NCBI RefSeq assembly: GCF_902459465.1 | Contig: NC_047081.1 | Span: 1,860,001-1,924,000 of the forward strand | Reading direction: 5' to 3' | Source: Asterias rubens | Lineage: Eukaryota | Length of the DNA stretch: 64,000 nt | Shown here: positions 1 to 11,800 of the stretch, piece by piece | Layout of the letters: each line of letters begins with the position of its first letter | Position numbering within the stretch: the stretch's first letter is position 1 | Position numbers and translations under genes: made by a program | The notes under the pieces: model-generated | Told to the model about the DNA's origin: nothing | The model's input: only the letters and a program-made list of their open reading frames with translations | The model's database searches: none

Positions 1-1187
1 GGAACACGACTAAGATGGTGTCAGCGTGATGACGGTCTATTCATTGCTTGAGTAGGAGACTACGTTGCGAGGGGCGAGGTGTACAAAACGGCGTTATAGA
101 AACGTAGTCTGCACTCGAGATCGGAATTGGGTGTGTTACAGTGCAAAACCCCTCGTTGCGGTGTATCAAAAAAGGATGACCGGATGCTGCCAGATGTATC
201 TTTGACCTCGCATTCATTTCACATGGAGATTTTTAGTAAATTCACATGTACATGTACCGGTCAAAACAATGGAGGACAAATATTACGCAGACGCTGCATT
301 TTTATGGGCGGCCACATACAACTTAATGTTTACTATCTTCTGAACCGCGATATCTTACCCCCCCCCCCCCCCGAGTAACAGAAACGATAAGGCTTAAATG
401 AAATAAAGTCAACACAAGTTGTAACTGTTAACATTATTTAATAACCAAATCATGCATACATATCAATTCTGAAGAAATAAAAATCACATTATTATTTATC
501 ATACATAATTACTCTTTTCGGATATATTACATTTTTACAATTGGTTGGCACATGCCCAGAGATTTTAATCGGAAATATTGTGATGACAGATCATTCTAAT
601 TTGATAAGAAATTGTATAACTTTATAGAATTTAAGGGAAACCTTTTGCTTATCAATGTTTCAATTTGCAATAATCAAAATTCAATTTTGAATAATAATGT
701 AAGTAATCATATCTTTATTGGAAATTTTAAGTTAGTATCGGTTTTTTTTATTACATTTAATAAATGTATTAATCGTTATTATTGTTGTTTTTTGCTCTTA
801 AAAATTCAAGTTTAAATAAATTTGTCAGATCTTCAAATTTGTGCGCACTTTTATATGAATACATTCGCAACTTGAGAAATTATTAAAGTTTTTTGCAGAA
901 TTTTTAAAGATATTATACAGGGTGGATAAGGATAACAATAATCGTCATTGTTAAAAAATGTTTAGTCTGAAAGCTTAGTAGAAACTAAAGTTAATACCAG
1001 AAACATTTTTCCTATGAATTTGTATTCTTCCATTATTCTCTTGCAACTTATTGAGTCAACATTTTTCACAGATAAGTTTAATTTCATGCATGTTGGGATA
1101 CATCAAGTGAGAATACATTACTGGTCTTTGACAATTACTAAACGTGTTCATATAGCACCTTTAAGAAAACATGAACCAAAAGTTTTT

Positions 1188-4100
1188 TTAACGGCAACCA
1201 CATTCCTCAACCACCATGTCCTCGTGATGTTTCATAACAATGTTCCCGTGCTCCAGGTAGATCATACTCAACGCAGATAACTTAGTCGGAACACAGCACG
1301 GTTCCGGCGCCATGTCCGGTCTCCCTGTCGACCGCACCATGTTCTGCATAATGGCGTGGTTGCTCGGATTATCCGCGGATCCGAGCGGTCCGGCACATCT
1401 CCCGGCGCACCTGTACGCATTGAATCGTTTCGGGTAGACGATCCAGCTGGCCCAGCCACTGGTGTAGAAGTCCACATCCATCTTGACTCTCCTACAGGTT
1501 CCGGCGTCCCGGCTCTGAGCTATGATCTCACGTAGTAGTTTCTCCTGGATTAGTCGTTCCTGTTCCGCCTTGTTTGCTGAGCTGTAGTGATGTTTCTTCT
1601 CCTTCTTGTTCTTGCGTGATGATGCGCCCCGTTGAGTGCGGACTTTGACTGAGCTCTGAGCGTCGTCGATGATGTTGACCGGCTGCAGTGCACGTGAGAA
1701 GACTACCAGCGTGACATCCTCTAATCCACCGGTGCTGTCGACAGTTTCCTCTCTCTGTGGGATCTCACCAGAGCCGGTCGCTTCGTCGTCGAACAGTGAG
1801 AACGAGGATGAAGATGATGAAAGCGATGAAAACGAAGAGAGCTCTGCTTCGTCTGAGAAAGAGTTCACCGAGTCCTCCGAGCTCTCCGCACCATCACTCA
1901 CTGTGCGGATCTCAAGTTCGTATTTCCCGCGCAGAAAATTGTCCTCACGGAACCAGTGACGTAATCCCTCCGTGACGTCAAACACCTCACTTCCGTCGTA
2001 GTCGTCGTGGCGATGGGTCGGCAACATCCGGGAGATGAGAAGCTGCTTCGAGAAGCACTCGAACAGCCTCGGGTCACGTGGGCAGGGAGCGGGAGCCCAG
2101 TGGTGAAGGGCGACCTCTAGGGTTGACTGGCTCAAGGTGCGGCCCATAACGACTCGAAGTTCGGCCATGCGCACTCGCTCTGTGTCCTTGATGGAAGTTA
2201 CCCGAAAGTTGGCTGTCCACACACTGGTGAAGTTGCCTGCTGGGGTTGAGTTGGATTCTGAAAAGTAGAATGAAAAGATAAAAGCATTTCATTAGTTATT
2301 TCATTGTACACTATCAATCCTTCATACCAGATGGAATTAATGTCAACAATGTAGTAAAAATAATTGTTGGATTTTTGCTATATATCAATAATTATAACAA
2401 AACTGGGAGTACTGTTTCTTTGGCTGATCCTTTTAAGTGAATGAGAAATGCAATTGAATTGGACTCATGGATTGAAAGATGCGGTAAAGGTGTATTTTTA
2501 TTTTTAGAGAGTTGCTAACTAATTAGTGGTTTTGCTTAGACAGCTACAGTACACGTCCTTCCCCGAGAGTTGTGAGCAAACCCAAGCAAGGAACCAGCAA
2601 TGACCAGTGTATTATTACATGACCGTTTGGCTGGTAGTCTGTTTTTTCTCAGCGGTCATTTTCTGTGCTTTGCAAAATCGACTGGTTTTGCTTCCACATT
2701 ATCGCATACAAAAGGGTGCACTTGGTTTTCTACCCAATACCGCAAAGCACAGAAAAATACTGCTGAAAAACAGACTACCATCCAAATGTTCATGTAATTT
2801 ACATTCGTCAAGAAAACTTTGTTATGCGATAAAACTCGAAGAAAAACCAGCCCGTAACACTTCATGAGTTTACACTTGAAATTTAGAATAAGCTGACTTA
2901 GAGTGCTAAGGCATGAGAGGCACAACTTTGTAATCTGTTAATTAAGTTTCAGGATAATCTTGTGCCTAAGTGGACTTCATTTTAGATCAATTTCCCTTCT
3001 GACTTTCTTCAAGAGGTTTTTTGAATACCGTTTACTTAAAATAACAATGATGTATAGAGTATAAGCATGCACTCTAGGTAAGTGGGTATGTTTCTCTAGG
3101 ATTAAGTCCTTGCAAAACATGATGTCAAAAAACGGATTGGTCCCTTTGGTTTGTGCCGGCAAAGGGATAATTAGCCCTCTGCTGCTAATGGGTCTTATTG
3201 GCTGAAATCATTTAGCGAGTTTGCAGACGGCCTAATTGGTGTTTGAGTTTGGCATAATATACGTCAAGTGGTCATGTACGGTACATCACCATGGACAATG
3301 GGGCGAGTTTGTATGTATACACTATGTACACAAAACGCCATTGACCTATATCATGGTGCGGCAATTCTGGATGTTGTTCTATTTGATTCAATTTAACCAA
3401 ACCGAGGCTTGGAGGAAAAGACAGCCTGGTGCCATTTATGATATTAGAATTAGAGCTACATTGTCACTGTTGAATACAGAAGAACAAAATCTACACAGCA
3501 AAATAAGCTATTCATATAAACGTGGTGTTACAGCCCGATTTCTTACAGCCAACCGGCAAATAATTGAATAACTCACCATGCAATGCCTTAAAAACTATAA
3601 AAGCATTGACTTAGTTTGGAAAGTATAAAAACCAATTAAAATTATGCTTGAGAATTTGCAATCTTGCTATGAAATAGGTATACTTTTTTTGGTATAATGA
3701 TAAAACCAAATTTAGAAATCATTGTTTTCTCTCAGTTAATTCATTATTTTGACAACAGTTTTGAAAATTCTGTTGTTTTTTTGTTCTCATCTTATCTTAA
3801 AAGTATATACAATAAAACAAAATGAAATCAAAATATTTTTGTTGTAGTAGATGGCTCTCTCATTAGAGTAATTTGTTTGTTTTTAATTTTAACAATTGGG
3901 TCATAAGGTACATAATACATATTTTTTTTGCAAGTGATTGATTTGAATTAAAATGAATTTGGCTGATGAATTTGTCACTTTTCTTGCCACCTTAAGTTTA
4001 TAATAGACGGTTTGCGACAACAACCTTTTTGCAGGGGTTGTGGTGGTCCTGAAAAGAACCAGTTGTGTAACAATATTTGTTAAATGAAAATACCCTTAAG

Positions 4101-4705
4101 TATATTCTTAAAAGAATAGTAAAATACAGTGTGACGAAAAGTATCCATCAAAAGAGGCTCAAAATGCAATCGAGAAAATACAGTTTTAATTGCAGGTGTG
4201 CACGTTATGTGCCCCCTGAAATTTCACTCTCGGCTCTGGTTCGCTAGGAGTGATTTTGAATTTCTGAACAAGCTTCTAAAATGTTTGAATGAAAGAAAAG
4301 TTTCTTACCTTTAATATCAGCAGCAAAACTCCGGACTGTGTCTGAATCGACGATCGCCTCAACTTCCTCTGCTGATGGATGGACGCGATCCTCCCCTGTC
4401 TCCATGGAGGTGTAGAGGTCCATCATGTACACCGGGGAAGTGAGATTCTGGGCAAAATGCTGTTCATTCTTGAGTTCAAAAGAGGTCAGGAATTCCAAAT
4501 CCCCTTCAAAGTCTCTCAGCCTCGCGGTCATCGGGGCATCCCTCTGGAAGCGCTGGTTGGAGAGGGCATCTGCAACTGCTGGGTGCTCCAGAAACGTTGC
4601 ATCAAAAGTCCGGCAGGGTGTCATCATCAGGAGCGTGAGGAGGAAGATGATGACCGGGCAGTGCGGAGCGGACGCCCCCTTGAGAATCCTCACGGAGTAA
4701 GCCAT
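1188..4705 (-). CDS. nodal: Nodal (TGF-beta family ligand precursor), 2 exons, 488 aa
   Basis: Exons 4309-4705 (ATG, hydrophobic signal-like IIFLLTLLMM, donor g|GTAAGA) and 1188-2257 (acceptor ttttcAG|). Phase 1 join keeps frame. Furin-type site RTQR; 7-Cys mature domain with WIVYPKRFNAYRC and HHEDMVVEECGCR, which are Nodal-subfamily motifs. Confidence 0.93.
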
Positions 4706-4886
4706 GACCGGGTGTCGATGAACTTATACTTTGAGCTAGGACTGACTATACTGACAACTCAGAAGCCTTGTTGACTTTAACAACAAATCTTAGTTAATTG
4801 CCTCAGGAGGAGATTAGGTTATAGCAAGAAGGTGTTCTCTTCGGATTTAGAAATCGGAAAGTACCACTTCTGGCTGAGGGTGGGGA

Positions 4887-4893
4887 CTTATAT
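4887..4893 (-). promoter_or_regulatory. TATA-like box upstream of nodal
   Basis: ATATAAG on the minus strand about 185 nt upstream of the nodal ATG; motif match only. Confidence 0.35.
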
Positions 4894-5480
4894 CGAGAGT
4901 GCTAACAAAAGGGGCGTGTAAAAAAGGCATCTTGGTTTTCAAGTTTTTGGCGGGAACAATACTGTCTGGTTATTTATCAAAACTGTGTTTTCTTTTTCCA
5001 TTGTTTTTCTCCTCACTGGGCCACGCTGCAAAGAGTGTGTGTCTGGACTTGTCTCAAACTGTCACAAAGCCGTTTTGGAAACCCAATTGGGGTCGTGTGC
5101 CATACACATTAGAGTGAACACGACAAGTGGGGCTATCTTTTCACCGTTGGAGATGGTCTCCTAATTGAATCAAAGAGGCCCAGCTTGATGACTCTTTTGT
5201 TGGGAGTCGTCCAAACTGTGACCGGTAGCCCCTTTGCTGGGGAGCTCGCGGTTTTGCACGGTATTGTTGTGTTTGTTGGTGACCAGTGGGTGTGACCACA
5301 GGCCGTGGAGATGAACCAGACAAGAACACACTTGCCCGGAGAGGCCCAAGACCTGGGCCAGTACTGGAGCTCTACCTACTTAGAGTGTCTGGGAGCTCTT
5401 TCAACGAATTCACTGAGGTGTGTGGTTGCCCACTACTAGCCTCTCCTCCCATCCCAACGTGTCTTGTTAGGATCGACCTG

Positions 5481-5666
5481 GGCCCAATTTCATTAAGCCT
5501 GTAAAACTTGCTCAGCACAAAAATAGTACTGCTTAGTATAAACAGGTTGTCAGACAAAACTACATTCAGTTTGTGTTGTTGTGGCTGGTGCCCCTCTCAA
5601 TGTTTGCTTGGCAAATACATTTTGTCAAGCAGTATTTTCTGCTTAACAGCTCTATGAAATTGGGCC
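5481..5666. mobile_element. Hairpin MITE (GGCCCAATTTCAT...ATGAAATTGGGCC family, Harbinger-like)
   Basis: Terminal inverted repeats; related copies near 9535-9870, 14341-14527, 27610-27795, 44277-44520, 48860-49070, 62152-62336, often flanked by CWG. Confidence 0.7.
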
Positions 5667-6120
5667 AAGACCTTGGCCTAAAATGTGCACTGCCCTAAAT
5701 AGAGAGAAAAACAGTGGAGTGTCCCTCAAAATATTCTATTAGACCGACTTGAGAGCCCCAATAAAACGGTTGTAAAAAATGTTGCGCATTAATGACCTGG
5801 GGGTTGATGACTTCCATTTTGAAGAATTTGGGGTGACATATCACTCTGAAATAAATACTTTCCTATATGCAGGGAGAATTTTGTCCCCTCATGTTATGAG
5901 AGGGCAGTAACTCGACAGGTCCAGGGACTCCCCGATCAACTTGAGCTGTTCAACCGTCAAAACATCGGGCCACGGCAACTACAGTTTGAAACTGAGCTAA
6001 ATAGTTCTAATTTCTCGCAGGAAAAGCGCTGGATGACCGTAGCCCTGGCAGGCGGCCTTACACTTTCGTTTTATACTACAGCACAGAGGAAGAGTCATAA
6101 TAGGGCTGTGGATGACCGTA

Positions 6121-6367
6121 CTCTCTGAATGTAAAAGAGTGAAAAAGCACTCTTTGAAGAGCCATACGAAGGACAACTCTTTTTGGAGTGGTCTTCCACT
6201 CTTTTAGATTGAAGTTTGCATCTTTTTGAGTGATTTTTCACTCTGCCCTGGAGTGAAACCCCTCTAAAAGAGTGAAACAACCACCACTATTTTTGAAGAG
6301 CCATATAATATGAGGGACAGCTCGAAATGTAAAGAGTGGTGTTTTTCACTCTTTTACATTTAGAGAG
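6121..6367. mobile_element. MITE with TA flanks (Tc1/mariner-like)
   Basis: TA|CTCTCTGAATGTAAAAGAGTGAAAAA ... TTTTTCACTCTTTTACATTTAGAGAG|TA: long TIR with TA duplication. Confidence 0.65.
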
Positions 6368-6691
6368 TATCATGGAATCAAAGTAGTTACAGTTTTAGAG
6401 AGAGAGAGCATCATCCACAAATTGAATCAACATGGAAAAGGCTTCAGGTTTCAGCCTGTGTCGTGCATCTGAATGCAAGCAACTCAGCAAAACAAGAGTG
6501 TTCAATTTCTTGCAACTTCGATAGCCAATTGCCGAGCCAAAATATTGACAGGTTTCTTATTTTATTTGTAACGTTGATTCACCTAGGGAGGGTACTGCAT
6601 GGTTTATGCATGCCCTCTCTCTATGTTTGAATCCTCCGAGTAATGATACTCTATAGTCTCCACAATTACCTGAAGTATCTCATGCTTTTAA

Positions 6692-6869
6692 AGACACCGG
6701 ACACTATAAGTAATTGTCAAAGACCAGTCTTCTCACTTGTTGTATCTCAACATAAATGCACAAAAAAACAAACCTGTGAAAATTTGAACTAATTTTGGTC
6801 GTCGAAGTTGCGAGATAATAACAAGTAATTTTGTTTATTTTGAGTAATTACCAATAGTGTCCGCTGCCT
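6692..6869. mobile_element. Internally deleted TTAA MITE (family A derivative)
   Basis: TTAA|AGACACCGGACAC ... GTAATTACCAATAGTGTCCGCTGCCT|TTAA; shares ends with 18412-18788 and 34090-34456. Confidence 0.65.
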
Positions 6870-7249
6870 TTAACGCAATAATTATGAGCTGACAGATCGT
6901 TAGAAATCGAACATGGCAGAATGCTTTCAGATATGACATCCGGGGCCTTTATCAAGTTTAAATCCGGCCACAAGACAAGCTGCCGCCACACTTTTAAACC
7001 CAAGGTGCTAAGCAAGAGAACTACAATTGATAAGACGATTTGAAAGAATGTGTTAATTACTTGACCATTTTAAATCGTATTAAAAATTCGACTTGGCTAA
7101 ACATCCTAATCAATAAATAGCTGGCCCTATACGGCCGTTGTTGCAGGAGATTCTGTGTGTCGTCGTCCCCCCCCCCCGGACACCCCCCCCCCCCTTTCTC
7201 GTCAAGCAGAGCGCGCCCTCAACGTTTTGCCACTTATTTTTGAACTGGA

Positions 7250-7275
7250 GGGCGGAAACAACATGGCGGCGTACA
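7250..7275 (+). promoter_or_regulatory. Promoter/TSS region of GMCL1 (ETS-like GGCGGAAAC, YY1-like AACATGGCGGC)
   Basis: CpG-rich patch with motifs typical of housekeeping promoters about 150 nt before the GMCL1 ATG. Confidence 0.45.
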
Positions 7276-7414
7276 TGGAACGAACAACAACACAAAACCG
7301 CTCCGTAAAAATCGGCAAGAAATTCGGGTTTACAGAGTGAAGTAGTTGAATTTTTCTATATTGCTTTATTAAAAGCCAAGCGCTTGCTCGTTGGTCAGGT
7401 CAGAAGGAGGGGTT

Positions 7415-8842
7415 ATGGGTGGATATGTGTCTACGGGAAGATTTTTTGGTGGAGGAAAAGCTAGTCCCAAAAAACGGAAGAGGGGACGGGATGATGATAG
7501 TGATGATGATAGTGAAGAAGACGAAATGATGAGAACACCGCAGAGGTTTGTGCCGTTTAGTTTTAAATTTGGGATTTAAATAACTTCCAAATTGAAAAAC
7601 CCATTCGGTTACTCATGTTTGTGTTATTTAACTTTCGGGAAAATATCCGCACCCAACAACCACACTTTTTTTTTTAACAGTTAAAAATTAAAGAGGAATT
7701 AGGCCTACCATGGAGGAATAAATTATTTATTCCTCCATGGGTCAACTCACTCATTTTTTAAATTTTTTTATCTATTAATTAATTTCCCGTTTTCTGCCAC
7801 CACATTTTGAAGGGATTTATTTTATTTCTTATTTTTTAATGGATGTTGGACTTTGTTTCCCTTCTTGAATACTACTTACTTGTGTTGTGAGAATTGGTCG
7901 GAAAAATGTAAAATGTTAAAACGAAAATATATGTGTAAATTTAATTAGCAAAATTGAGTGTTGTTTGATTGACTTTTCGAGATGCCAAATGAAAATTTGT
8001 AAATCATCCAAAAGTTTAACTCTGCAAAATTATGGAGCGTAACTACTGTAGACTACTGTAGTGTTAGTTGAAATTAAAATTTGTGTGAATAATAATTAAA
8101 TTGTACTTTCAAAGTATCTTTCCAACTTACTTTAAATTCCCTATAATAACAGCCCAGAACACCCCAATGCAAAGGCAATGTGTCCCTTTTAAGTTAAATG
8201 TGACTTCTTTGTTCTTTTAGAAATTTTGCAAACCATCTATAATAAGTATATAGGATTTGAGGCATTGCATGGTGAGGTATCAATGTATATTTTGTTTGCG
8301 GTAACACCCTGTGTGTATCTACTTGCCAGGTAGAGTTTGTTCTTAGAGAACTGTCTTGTTTTATTCTACTGCCTCGGAGTAGATAATCGGAGGTTCAGGA
8401 GACTTCTCAGTTCTGAAAAGAACTGTCCCGCTTTATAACTATTAGTAATACCATCCGCCCTGGTAATGGTATTACGGAATTGGGGTCAACGTTTCGACTA
8501 GCTTGCTCTAGTCATTGTCAGGAGACTGACGCTGAACATACTCGCAAAGTAACTATAAGTAACTATGTTTTTAACCTGTTTTCTTGTATGATTCAGGAAG
8601 AAGCTAAAGTCTACCTCAAAGTACATCTATGACACACTGTTCGTCAATGGAGAGAACTCCGATATCACAATATTTGCTCTAGGAAAGGAATGGTACCTTC
8701 ACAAGATCTACTTATGTCAGGTTGGTCTCATTGCGCAAAAACACAGAGAACCACAGCAATGTATGTGGGTGTCTTGGGTCATTTCTATGCATGCATGGTA
8801 TTAGTGCAAACTGCACAGTGCAGCTTACCCGATATCTGGTCA

Positions 8843-8879
<37 letters not shown>

Positions 8880-11800
8880 TCGAAGTCTTATATAGCGCAC
8901 GTATCTACCAAACAAGGTACTCAAGGCGCTGAGTATATACAAACTTTCAGAAAGATAGGTTATTGCAGTGATGAACTCTGAGACACAATTAGTTAGCACC
9001 TTATAAGGGTTTACAAGGTGCTACGGCGCATACAGCAGCCACAGCCAGGAACATCGGGGCGAGCCCCTTCTCTTTTCGATAAGTGCACTGGGTTCTTTTA
9101 CATGCGTTACACAACACATGGGACCAACGGCTTTACGTCCATCTGAAGGACGAATCTATGGCTAAGTGTCTTGCTCAAGGACACAAGTGTCACGGCTGGG
9201 GATTCGAACCCACACCCTGCTGATCAGAAACACCGCTCGGCCACGACACTTCCATGATGGATTTAAACAATTACTTGATGGATTAAACTTTTGCATCGTT
9301 GGAAAAGGAAAGAAAGTACAATTTTTGTGTTTGTGATTTTTTTTCCCCGGTGTAGTCAAGCTACTTTGCGAGTATGTTCAGCGGATCATGGAAGGAGTCC
9401 AACCTGAATGAAATTGTGATGAATATTCCGGACAATACCATTGATATCGGAGGTAAGAATGACCAAAATTCATTTTTGGTTTCACTCATTTTTGGTTTCA
9501 CTAATTTCTCCTTGATGCAGGTCTACAAAAATGGCCCCAGGGCTCAATTTCATAGAGCTGCTTTTATAAGCAGAAAATTCTGTTAAAAGAAAAAGTTAAG
9601 CAAGATACCCAACTACAGATAGTACATGTGATATGCTATTTTGGCTGGTAGCCTTATCCTGGTAAAGCATACTTTTGCTTTGCTTAGCTACTTGTTGTGC
9701 TTGAGCAGCTATTAAGCCCTGGACCCAATTTCATAGAGCTGCTTAAGCACAAAACATTTTGCTTACCAGAATAAGGTTACCAGCCAAACTACTATGTCAC
9801 AAGGACAATTTTTGACTGTTATCCTGCTCATTTCTGCTTAGCAGAAAATTGTTAAGCAATATTTTCACATGAGTTTCTCAAGGAGAGATAAGTGGAATAG
9901 TAAATTCATTTTATAATTGTTTTTTTCCCATAGCTCTAGAGGTTGCCTTAGGATCGTTGTATCGAGACGACGTGATGTTGGAACCGGCAAAAGTGGTACC
10001 CATTCTTGCAGCTGCCTCCCTCCTACAACTGGTAAGTCTTTAAAGGCAAAGTAAATCTGTGGTGTTTAAAAGCGTTCGATTGTTAAATCGTATTTTCAAT
10101 GAAGATGTACACACTAAAACTAACCTTTGAAAAATTCATTTCATTTTCAAATGTTTTTTTTGTTTTTGAGATATTGCTGAAAATCCAGAGTGGGATGTCC
10201 ACGCAGGAATTATAATCCGTAATAGGAAAACACACTCTGAGAAGTGTAAGCTGACAGTAACGCATCACAAATTAAAATTTGGGGCATAAATAATGAACTG
10301 AAATCTTTTTACATAACCGCGTTAATTTGAAGTGAAATGATTCTCAAAACGCTGCTGCAGGCTTCTAACCAAATGTCTACCTTCCCTTTAAAGGATTTGG
10401 GTACTTTTTGTAACACAAAACACACTGTCCCTAAATTTACATCAAATTTACACAGTTTGAACTGGTAGTAGAACAATGTCACGAAAATACCTTTCACATG
10501 CTAAAATAACTTTGGTCTCATTTTTCGTGTTCACGCTTCTTTTACTTATTTCTCAAATCTTACAGCACCTCAGCAAGTAATATTTTAAGGGAATCTTTCT
10601 ACCATCATTATCTTCAAACTGTGTGAGTTTAATGTAAATCTGTGGACATTGTGTTTTGTGTCCTACAAAAAGTACCCAGACCCTTTAAAACCAAAACATT
10701 TACAGTTATTGTTTGGGTTTCTTTTAAGGATGGACTTATTTGCCAGTGTGCTGACATCATGACTGACACAATAAGGTAATTAACATATCATGAATATGTA
10801 GTTTGTAGCTTGTATGAATAATCATGCTGCACCTCCACGTGGTGAATATGTTTTTCATTCAAACTAGGCTATCTTTGAACCACAATCGTACCCCTCAGTC
10901 CTTTAACTTCACAGCATTTACCTAATTACGATGGGATATACCCTGTTTTTTTTCTTCCCATTTGCCTCTGTCCTTTTGTATGCATGTCAGTCCGTCTGTT
11001 TGTTTTGTTTCTCTGTCTGTCTGGCTCTATTTTAAAAGCTTCGGCCCCATATTACATTTATGTTTACTAAGACTTTTATCTGCTGTTTGTTCTCCTTTCA
11101 TCCCTGTAGCACTAAGACTGTTTGCTGTTACCACACTTCTGCCTCAGCCTATGGCCTGGAAGCAGTCACTAACAAGTAAGTAAATATAATCAACATCCAT
11201 TTCAGAAAGGCGCTTTGGAATCGCGCTGAACCAACTTTTTGAAACAGTTAGGAGCGACATAATGCGCTGGAAGTCAAGAGACCCTTTAGTGTCAAACCTT
11301 ACGACCGCTATTAGCATTTTAGTACAAGCCGCTGTGTTCGCTATGGTCTCTAAAGGTGAACCCTTCAAGTTTGTTGATTTTTTTCAGTTGCGTCACCTGG
11401 CTGGAACAGAACCTGATGGACATGCAAAGGTCGTCACTGCTTAGAGAGTTAAGGTTAGTGTAAAGTTGTCACATAGTTTCAAGAAAAGAAACATGGCTCA
11501 TTTTTACCTAGCAAAAAGAAAAACAAAATACATGACCCTGGTGTATAAAATTTCTAGCCCCTCCGAACAAAGATATTCACAACCAATATAGTTGGTAAAG
11601 CACTAGCATATTAATCTGGAGTTGCAGGTTCAAGTAAATTTTTTTAGTTGTCCAACACAAAGATTGTTACATGAGATGGCTTTTGAATTATTTGGGCGTG
11701 ATGCTGGCTTTAAAGTACTAAATTTTGCCTTTTTCCCCCTACTCTGTTTTGACAGCCTTGAGTTATTTGAGCAAGTCATCAGGTCACCGGATCTATTTGT

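Noticed and set aside
1-380. CpG-rich patch with an 83-aa ORF at the window start
   Set aside because: ORF starts at TTG, has no known motif and the context is cut off; may be a 3' nodal enhancer or a neighbouring promoter but cannot be supported.
1669-1975. Plus-strand ORFs overlapping nodal (also 4379-4774)
   Set aside because: Antisense shadows of GC-rich coding sequence; the same applies to 37027-37374, 37906-38262 (WAPL) and 19872-20318 (CNBD2-like).
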